NCBI GenBank assembly: GCA_963664405.1
Contig: OY761158.1
Coordinates: forward strand, 5,824,001 to 5,888,000
Length of the DNA: 64,000 bases
Direction: 5' to 3'
Source of the DNA: Thermoanaerobaculia bacterium
GTDB taxonomy: Bacteria; Acidobacteriota; Thermoanaerobaculia; Multivoradales; Multivoraceae
The translations under genes were made by a program, and so were the position numbers. The notes below the pieces were generated by a model. That model saw only the letters and a list, made by a program, of their open reading frames with translations, was not told the origin of the DNA and did not search any database. Position 1 is the first letter of the stretch; every line of letters begins with the position of its first letter. Of this stretch, positions 19,516 to 26,974 are shown in pieces.

Positions 19516-20586
19516 ATGCGCAGACGAATTCTGAGCTCGATCTTTGTCGTCGCCCTACTTGCTCTGACCGGAACAGCGGTCCTGGCCGCCGCGGCCGACG
19601 AGAGCTGGACGGTCTCTCGTAACGACTACGGCCATCCCGACCTCGAGGGCGTCTGGGCGAATAACAATGCAATCCCGATGGAGCGGCCCGCGGAGTGGGA
19701 GGGCAAAGACCGCCTGACCGAAGCCGAGCTCCAGGAGCTCGTCGAGGCGGCGAAGGAAGCCTCCAACCCCGGAGAGGATGCGCTCTTTGGCGACCAGTTG
19801 GTGCTCGCCGCCATCGCCAAGACGAAAGCCGAGAGCTACGATCCGGCGACCGGCAATTACAATCAGTTCTGGGTGGCCGAGCGCGACTTCTCGAACCGCA
19901 CATCTCTCGTCGTGGAGCCGCCGGACGGGAGGATCCCGCCGCTGACGGAGGCGGCGCGGCGCAAGATGTGCGCGCAGATCGAGTACGCGAGCGAGCACCC
20001 TGCCGACTCGTGGCTGGATCGGTCGCTGTCGGAGCGCTGTGTCAGCTTCGGCGTACCCTTCGTCGGAGCCGGCTACAACGGTTATTTCCAGATCTTTCAG
20101 AGCTTGGACCACGTCGTCATCGTGCAAGAGATGATCCACGACGCGCGCATCATTCCCCTCGTCGACAGGCCATCCCTCAGCGACGACATCCGCCTCTTAC
20201 ACGGCGATTCCCGGGGCCACTGGGACGGAGACACCCTGGTCGTGGAGACCAGGAATTACTCTCCCAAGAGCAGCTTCAGGGGCTCGTCGGAGAATCTACA
20301 ACTGACCGAGCGCTTCACTCGTCTCGGGCCTACGCACCTCGAGTGGGAGCTCACGATCAGCGATCCCAGCACTTGGACGGCTCCTTGGAGCATCTCGATA
20401 CCGCTCAAGGGTACCGACGAGGCGATCTTCGAGTACGCCTGTCACGAGGGCAACTACGGCATGTCCGGCATCTTGGCCGGCCATCGCGCGCACGAGGCCC
20501 AAGGGAAGGCTCCACAACAGGCCCCGCTCAACCTCCGCTACCAGACTCTCGGTTGTGAAGAGACGCCCTCCGCGGGCGCCGACTAG
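19516..20586 (+). CDS. Secreted hypothetical protein (YACHEGN family), copy 2
   Basis: RBS AGGAGGAGG; signal peptide; PDLEGVW, RTSLVVEPPDGRIPPLT, GDSRGHWDGDTLVVET, FEYACHEGNY. Confidence 0.82.
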   Translation: MRRRILSSIFVVALLALTGTAVLAAAADESWTVSRNDYGHPDLEGVWANNNAIPMERPAEWEGKDRLTEAELQELVEAAKEASNPGEDALFGDQLVLAAIAKTKAESYDPATGNYNQFWVAERDFSNRTSLVVEPPDGRIPPLTEAARRKMCAQIEYASEHPADSWLDRSLSERCVSFGVPFVGAGYNGYFQIFQSLDHVVIVQEMIHDARIIPLVDRPSLSDDIRLLHGDSRGHWDGDTLVVETRNYSPKSSFRGSSENLQLTERFTRLGPTHLEWELTISDPSTWTAPWSISIPLKGTDEAIFEYACHEGNYGMSGILAGHRAHEAQGKAPQQAPLNLRYQTLGCEETPSAGAD

Positions 20587-22265
20587 TTGGGAAGCGCGAA
20601 GACGAATAGGTTGTTGCCTGAGCTCGGGCGCAGCTCGGGTGTGAGCCCGGCGCCAAGCGCTGCCGATCTAGAGCCGGTCGAGGCGACGACATACTGGCGT
20701 CCGTTTACGGCATAGCTGATCGGAAAGCCGGTGACCGCCGAGCCCAGATTGATCTCCCACAGCACGTCGCCCGTTTCTTGGTCCAAGGCCTTGAAGCGTC
20801 CATTGGAATCGCCTACGAAAACGAGCCCACCACCGCTCGTAAAGAGCGACTGGGTAGCGGCTCGCTGCTCGTAGGTCCACTTCGTCTTTCCTGTTTTCAC
20901 CGAAACCGCGTAAACGGTCCCCAGCTGGTCGGTGCCGGGGGCGATCTCGTGCTCCGCGCGGAGCGCGTAGATGGCGAGTCGTTGTCCCTCGTTGGTAGCT
21001 GTCATGCGCGCGCAGGTGTTGCGAAGGGGGAAGTACATGGTGCCCGTCAGGGGGCTGTAGGCGCCGGCCTGCCAATCTTTACCTCCTATATAGGTCGGAC
21101 AGACGAGGACCTCCTGGCCCAGCTCGCTGAACACGACCTCCGCGTTCTCGGTCACCTCACCGGTAGCGCCGTCGATATCGCTGATCACGTTCTGCGGCAC
21201 GGTGGGGGTGGCCCACAGAAACTCCCCGGTCTCGCGGTCGAGGGTGTAGACCACCCCGGTCTTGCCGGGAATGCCGGTCACTACCTTGCGGACCTCACCC
21301 GGCACGAGGCGCGGATTGGTCCACCGGACTTCGCTCTGGTCGGGCTCGACCGCGGTGTCGACAAGGAGGCGCTCGAAGGGGTGGTCCAGATCCCAGTGGT
21401 CGACGAGATGTTGGTAGTACCACGCGATCTCGCCGGTGCCGGCCTCGAGCGCGAGCGTCGAGTTGTGGTAGAGGTGCTTGTGGTCTGAGCCCCCCAGCAG
21501 GAACTTGGGTGCCGGCGAAGTCACACTCGTTCCGATGTAGATGAGGTCCAGGCCCGGCTCGCCCGGCGCCGGAATCGTGCGCCGTCGCCAAAGCTCCTTG
21601 CCGGTCATCGCGTCGTGGGCGGTAATGACACACGCATCAGGTCCGCCGCGATCCGAACAGGAGCGCCCTGAGATCACCTTGCCGTTGGCGATGATGGGCC
21701 CGGAGCTTTGGAGGACGGGCAGCTTCTTGTAATCGACGATCTCGGTTTCCCAGGCGAGCGCCCCGGTGGTCGCATCGAGGGCGAAGACGTAGGCGTCGGC
21801 GCTGGTGTCGATGATCAGATGGCCGTAGATCGCGATATTCCGGTTGTTTTCAGCCAGCCCACGGCCGGTGCCGTCCGGAAGCTCCCGGCGATACTCCCAG
21901 ACGAGGTCACCGGTGACCGCGTCGATCGCCTGGATCACATCCTTCGGGTTCGGCATATAGAGGACGCCGTCGTAGACCAGCGGCGTGCCCTGTTGGCGAC
22001 CCTCGTTCATGCCCCGCGACCAGACCAGTTGCAGGTCCTTCACGTTGTCGCGGGTAATCTCGTCGAGGGGGCTGTAGCCCCAACCGTCGAGGGTGCGACG
22101 CCACATCAGCCAGTCGTCATCGCTGGGGCTCTGCAGCATCGCGTCGGTGACCGGGACGAATTCGTCCACTGAGTTGCGTCGGGCGGTGATGGGAGCTGAG
22201 GCGGCTGTGGCGACGGCTATTGAGATCAGAAAGACATGGGGGGCCGTAAAATACCGACTCGTCAT
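20583..22265 (-). CDS. PQQ-binding beta-propeller dehydrogenase with an internal in-frame deletion
   Basis: WGYSPLDEI, TPLVYDG, DHWDLDHPFER, GKTGVVYTLDRETG, GFPISYAVNGRQYV; lacks 26 aa present in paralog 38280-40136. Confidence 0.85.
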   Translation of the reverse strand: MTSRYFTAPHVFLISIAVATAASAPITARRNSVDEFVPVTDAMLQSPSDDDWLMWRRTLDGWGYSPLDEITRDNVKDLQLVWSRGMNEGRQQGTPLVYDGVLYMPNPKDVIQAIDAVTGDLVWEYRRELPDGTGRGLAENNRNIAIYGHLIIDTSADAYVFALDATTGALAWETEIVDYKKLPVLQSSGPIIANGKVISGRSCSDRGGPDACVITAHDAMTGKELWRRRTIPAPGEPGLDLIYIGTSVTSPAPKFLLGGSDHKHLYHNSTLALEAGTGEIAWYYQHLVDHWDLDHPFERLLVDTAVEPDQSEVRWTNPRLVPGEVRKVVTGIPGKTGVVYTLDRETGEFLWATPTVPQNVISDIDGATGEVTENAEVVFSELGQEVLVCPTYIGGKDWQAGAYSPLTGTMYFPLRNTCARMTATNEGQRLAIYALRAEHEIAPGTDQLGTVYAVSVKTGKTKWTYEQRAATQSLFTSGGGLVFVGDSNGRFKALDQETGDVLWEINLGSAVTGFPISYAVNGRQYVVASTGSRSAALGAGLTPELRPSSGNNLFVFALPN

Positions 22266-22301
22266 TCGAGGCTCCTTCGCGGAAGGTGCGGGAAGGTGCG
22301 A

Positions 22302-23456
22302 TTATGCACGAACGGAGGGGCCAGTGCTCCCGTCCGATGTATCTCCGTCACGCGGGATCTTCCGCCTCTCTGATCGTGCCTCGGCGAGCAATCGTTTCGC
22401 CCGAATCTCTTCTCCCTCGGGATTCGACCGTTCTGCCTGCCGCAGATACTCCAGGGCCTTATCGGGCTGCCCTTTGATCAGCCAGATCGTGCCCAGGAGG
22501 CCCCATGCGTACTCGCCGAAGAGTCGGCGGTCATAGCCGAGATCGCGCGGCCGATCGGGATCGCCTCGATCGATCAGATCCTCGAGGTATCGGCAGGCTA
22601 TATCCCAACGGCTTTCAGCGACTCTTTGGCGAGCCGCCCACCAAAGGATCAGGGGATCGCTAGGGTGCCGTTCCAGGGCCTCGTCGACCAACGCGGCGGC
22701 GTCCATCAGCTCGGTGTCGTCGGAGAAGTGCAGGGCGAGCAGGTCAGAGTAGGCGAGCGCGTCACCGGGTGATGGCTCGCCGGCTCGCACCACTGCTAGA
22801 CCTTGTCGAAAGGCGATCTCTGCCGCCGCGGCGTCGCCCAGTGCCAGCTCCGCTTCACCCAGGGCATGCCACAGATAAGGTCGCTCGGGGTCGCTCTTGA
22901 TGGCTTTTCTCAGCAGAGGAAGGTTACGAACGTGCTTCGCGGTGAGATCTCCCTCATAGCCGAGGTGCTCGATGAATATCGGCGCGTCGATGATGCGAGC
23001 GGATTCTTCGCGCACGATTCGGTGAACATCTGGGAGCACCGTCTCGTGGATTGCTCCCCTGAAGCGCAGGTCGGCGCGATTTCTGAACAGGCGATATTCG
23101 AGATAGGGAGTCAGGCCGCTTGCGGCTCGAAATCCGACCCGCGCCGCGACGATGCCGGGATCCTCGAGGGCTTGCCTCAGATCTCCTTGAAGATCGATTC
23201 GCTCGTCGGCGTCAATGTAGAGAATCCACTCTGTGCCCGCGGCGTCGAGACCCGTGTTTCGAGCCTGAGAGAAGTCGTCACGCCAAGGCTGTTGGAGCAC
23301 TGTGGCCCCGAACGAACGGCAGATCTCTACGCTCGAGTCCTGGGAGCCGGTGTCGACGACTACGACTTCATCGACGATGTCTTGCAGAGCACCGAGGCAG
23401 GCAGGGAGGTGTCGGGCCTCGTCGCGGACGATCAGTGCAGCAGCGATCCCGGCCAA
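22302..23456 (-). CDS. GT2 glycosyltransferase with C-terminal TPR repeats (SunS-like architecture)
   Basis: IVRDEARHL, VVVDTGSQDSS, WRDDFSQARN, WILYIDADE, RLFRN...FRGAIHE, HLGY, then TPR-like helices. Confidence 0.88.
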   Translation of the reverse strand: MAGIAAALIVRDEARHLPACLGALQDIVDEVVVVDTGSQDSSVEICRSFGATVLQQPWRDDFSQARNTGLDAAGTEWILYIDADERIDLQGDLRQALEDPGIVAARVGFRAASGLTPYLEYRLFRNRADLRFRGAIHETVLPDVHRIVREESARIIDAPIFIEHLGYEGDLTAKHVRNLPLLRKAIKSDPERPYLWHALGEAELALGDAAAAEIAFRQGLAVVRAGEPSPGDALAYSDLLALHFSDDTELMDAAALVDEALERHPSDPLILWWAARQRVAESRWDIACRYLEDLIDRGDPDRPRDLGYDRRLFGEYAWGLLGTIWLIKGQPDKALEYLRQAERSNPEGEEIRAKRLLAEARSERRKIPRDGDTSDGSTGPSVRA

Positions 23457-23463
23457 GGCGGCT

Positions 23464-23631
23464 CTACGCTGGGATCGAAGAATTCGACTGCGCCGCGGCA
23501 GGGCGGCTCATCAGACCCGCCATCGTGAAGCTTGCGACGACAGGAGCTACGAAGCTTGTCGATGCGGCCTTACGAATGAAGTCACGGCGCGATTCGTCGA
23601 ACTCTTTGAGGATCTCGTCGTTCTTTGGCAT
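23464..23631 (-). CDS. 55-aa putative precursor peptide MPKNDEILKEFDESRRDFIRKAASTSFVAPVVASFTMAGLMSRPAAAQSNSSIPA (not in ORF track)
   Basis: ATG at 23631 with GGAG 8 nt upstream; TAG at 23464-23466; fills the gap between kinase and GT2 in the same orientation; SRRDFIRK twin-Arg-like motif, hydrophobic stretch, AAA site. Confidence 0.8.
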   Translation of the reverse strand: MPKNDEILKEFDESRRDFIRKAASTSFVAPVVASFTMAGLMSRPAAAQSNSSIPA

Positions 23632-23670
23632 CAGCTGAGCTCCGGGTTGCAGGTTCTCGATGGAACTATT

Positions 23671-24540
23671 CTAGCGCAAGAAGGTGTCCTGTTCCCAGGC
23701 CTTCAGGATGGGACTGTAGCTCTCGTGGGCGACCTCTTCGAGGTGAGCGACCCCGTCCTTGGGCTCTCCGAGCTTCAACCTGTGGCCTCCGTACCGGCTC
23801 AGACGGGTCGCTGCCGCGACCAGCGTCGACGGGGACTGAACCCAACCCAGCGAGCTTTCGACCAGGCTCCGGAGCGTTTCGAAGATCGGAAGGCGCTGAC
23901 TCTCGGTCGCGCCATCATGATTGGCTTCGAGGACGATGACTCCGTCTATGGGATGCGGAGAGATGACCCACTCGAAGCCGGCTTCACCCGGGTCGAAACC
24001 CACGACTCTTTGACCGACTGTCGAAGCGATGGGCTGGTCCGCCAACAAGGGGGCGATTTCCGGGACCAGGCTTTCGATACCTGTCTTGAGATGCAGTCGG
24101 CGGGGTACAGCCAAGACCTGGCTGTCGCGCTCGAGCACCATCTCATCGCCCTCGATGGTGTAGCCGCTGTAGAGGAGGGCCGTAGCCAGTGTCGTTTTGC
24201 CTACTCCCTTCTCTCCTAACAGCAAGAGTCTTGCGCCGCGGATGTTGACGAGGGCGCCGTGGAACACCGACCACCCGGCGAGCGAGTATCGCTCGAGCAC
24301 GCGGCTGTGAAGTCGGAGGTAGATCGTCCACAAGACATCGTCGACCTGGTGTAGGACATCGACGAGATCGCCGTCCTCCCGCACCAGCCAAGGCCCTTCG
24401 CCTTCGACTTGATAGCGCATCACCTTCCGAACTTCGACATCCTGCCGCGCGCTCGTCGGCAAGTAGTTGAGGCGCTCGGCCAGGTTCGGGTCGTCGACCT
24501 CCAGCTCGACCCGCACACTGAGGAGTTGAAAGGAGGTCAC
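23671..24540 (-). CDS. HprK-related kinase (P-loop)
   Basis: FHGALVNIRG...LLGEKGVGKTTLA...IEGDEMV; GTG start overlaps the stop of the PqqD-family gene (GTGA). Confidence 0.85.
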   Translation of the reverse strand: MTSFQLLSVRVELEVDDPNLAERLNYLPTSARQDVEVRKVMRYQVEGEGPWLVREDGDLVDVLHQVDDVLWTIYLRLHSRVLERYSLAGWSVFHGALVNIRGARLLLLGEKGVGKTTLATALLYSGYTIEGDEMVLERDSQVLAVPRRLHLKTGIESLVPEIAPLLADQPIASTVGQRVVGFDPGEAGFEWVISPHPIDGVIVLEANHDGATESQRLPIFETLRSLVESSLGWVQSPSTLVAAATRLSRYGGHRLKLGEPKDGVAHLEEVAHESYSPILKAWEQDTFLR

Positions 24541-24839
24541 TCGCTGCCGGTGTCGATCTGTCGCACCACACCCTCGCGTAACAGCAGATCCAGGCCGTCT
24601 TCGAGGGTGCTGAGTGGCGAAGCGTCAAGGGAGAATAGCTCGGTGACGATTCGGCCCATCTCCTCGAGACTGCGAGAACCGTCGCAGAGCTCGAAGAGAA
24701 CCGCTGCTGTCGCATTCAAGTGATGAATGCGATCGGTCCGGGGGTCGAAGACCACCATCCCCTCCTCGGCCTCGTGAGCCTCGAGACCGGGGATTCGCTC
24801 GAATGTTCTGGCGTCACTCAATTTGCGAGAGGCTATCAT
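24537..24839 (-). CDS. PqqD-family / RiPP recognition element (RRE) protein
   Basis: 100 aa; MVVFDPRTDRIHHLNATAAVLFELCDGSRSLEEM...LLREGVV has the PqqD pattern; ATGA overlap with the upstream GT4. Confidence 0.9.
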   Translation of the reverse strand: MIASRKLSDARTFERIPGLEAHEAEEGMVVFDPRTDRIHHLNATAAVLFELCDGSRSLEEMGRIVTELFSLDASPLSTLEDGLDLLLREGVVRQIDTGSE

Positions 24840-26103
24840 CGAGATCGGAGCCGTGAGGCCAGTGCGCTCCGGGTCCAGTCGGCGATTGAGCGAGAGACTT
24901 GCTCTACTTGGTAGCGCTCCTCGACTGCTCTTCGAGCGTTGCGAACGAGCCGGGCCGAGAGCTCCGGGTCTTTCAGAACACGAACCGCTGCCTGGGCCAG
25001 ATCGTCGTTCGAAGAGGCGAGCAGGAGATCGGTGTCGTTGCGCAGATCCAGGCCAGCGGCGGCTAATGGCGTCGCCACCACCGGCACTGCATTCGCAGCC
25101 GCCTCCAGGATCTTGAGGCGGCTTCCACCGCCAGCACGGAGGGGCACGACAGCTACGTCGGCTTGCCGGTACTGTGGGCTGAGATCGTTCACGGCTCCGG
25201 TCGACTGGACCCCAGGCAAGCGAGAAAGCTGGTCCAGAGCTTCCTTTCGTCCGCCCCCGACGAGCGTCAGGTCCGCGCTTGCAATTCGCTCCCTAGTGCG
25301 CGGCAGAATCTCGCACGCGAGCCGCTGCGCCGCGTCGAGGTTCGGGAGGTAGCCGAAGTTGCCGACGTAGAGCAGTCGTTTACCGCCGACGCTTCTAGCC
25401 TCTCTGGGCGGGCATCGAACTGCGTTCGGCAATACCGCGACCTTCTCGATGAGGCAAGACCGTGCCAGTGATCTGGAGTCGGATTCGGCTGCTGCCGCAA
25501 CACCGTCGAAGAGTGGCGAGCAGACCGCGCCGAAGCGGCGAAAACTCTCTGCTTCAGCTAGACACTTGAACGACGAGGTGTGCTCATTGCGAAGTTGGTG
25601 GAGGGCGGCGATCGACTCCAGGGTGGCGACGTCGTCTTCGTCCGCGTCGAGCAGCAGGCAGGGTCGCGATTCAGACTCTGCGAAGGGTAGAGCGGCCCCA
25701 GCCATATACAGGCGCAAGATCACGACGACATCGAAGCTCTCCTCAAAAACATGCTGCGAAGCCGGTGGCCGAGAGCCGGCGATGCTTGCCTGGCCCTTTC
25801 TGGCAGTGCCCGAGAGGCTCTTACGATGCTTCGACCGAGTCCGCTCTGCAACCAGCCGACCGCGGACTCATGCGGCCCAAGAAGCGGTACGACTTCGACG
25901 CGGTCGCAGTGCTGTGAAGCCCACTCCGAATTACCGATCTCGGCTTCCGGGTCAGACACAGGTAGCACGGCGACGCTCAGCGCTCCGACTTGCGCGAGTC
26001 CCTCCACCGCGAGGGCGGCCCGCATCGCCAGGCCATTGCCCGTTGGCGACGGGATGATCGGCGAGATCAGCAGAAGGCGGGTGGCCCCCGATGCTAAGCT
26101 CAA
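24836..26103 (-). pseudogene. GT4 glycosyltransferase split by a frameshift at an A5 run (25745-25749)
   Basis: N-part RLLLISPIIPSPTGNGLAMR; C-part FDVVVILRLY, LLYVGNFGYLPNLDA, PLRAGGGSRLKILEA. One extra T restores the frame. Start uncertain (TTG 26103). Confidence 0.8.
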
Positions 26104-26114
26104 CGCGCTCTCCG

Positions 26115-26974
26115 ATGCCCGGTATCCCCCGCATTGCGCACTTTGTTTTCGGGCTGCGTCAGCAGCACGAGCCCTTTCATCCGCTCCACTTTTTGGCATT
26201 GGAGACCTGTCGCCGGGTGCTTCAGCCCGATGCCATCTACCTCCACTACCATTGGCTTCCTTTCGGGGCGCTGTGGGACACCATCCGGCCGCATCTCACC
26301 CTGGTGCGTGTTGATCGGGTCGAGGCTGTCGACCGCGCAACCTACGACGATCGGCTGGTGCCGGAAGAATACCGTTATGCGCACCACGCAGACTTTTTGC
26401 GCCTCGATGCTCTGATCGAGCACGGAGGTATTTACGCCGATATCGATACGCTTTTTTTGCGACCGCTTCCCGAGTCGCTGTGGCGCCAGCCCTTCGTGAT
26501 CGGCCGCGAGCCTGACGTGGTCGATGAGCACACCGGCGAAAGGCGTGCGTCACTCTGCAATGCGCTTCTGATGTCGAGGCCGCCGCCGACTTCGCTCGAG
26601 CCTGGCGAGAGGAGATGGCGTCGGAGCTGGATGGCTCTTGGAGCAACCACTCTGGATTTCTCGCCCAGCGCTTGAGCGAGGAGCGGCCGCAGTCTGTCCA
26701 CGTAGAGCCGGAGGAGTCGTTCTTTCCTGTGCCCTCGACGCCCGCGGGACTGGCCTCGCTGTTCTCCGTAGAGCCGCTCTCCATAGGGTCCAGCTACTCC
26801 ATCCACCTCTGGGAGCACTTGTGGTGGCGGCACGAGCGGACGGACTTTTCTCAGCACCACGGTGATGAGATCACCTTCGCTTTCCTGCGCCGGTCGACGA
26901 CGGCGCTGGCTCGTTTGGCGAGGCCTTGCTTGCCCGAGCTCGACGTCGACGACTTGATCCGGCGCACCCCGTGA
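26115..26974 (+). pseudogene. DXD-motif (GT32/Gly_transf_sug-like) glycosyltransferase split by a frameshift near 26583
   Basis: IPRIAHFVFG, AHHADFLRLDALIEHGGIYADID, LCNALLMS; continues in another frame as ADFARAW...WSNHS...SYSIHLWEHLWW. Confidence 0.8.

Noticed and set aside
23464-24839. PqqD protein and small peptide as PQQ biosynthesis (pqqA/pqqD), given the many PQQ enzymes nearby
   Set aside because: The peptide has no ExxxY motif (no Tyr at all), and no pqqB, pqqC or pqqE is in the window.
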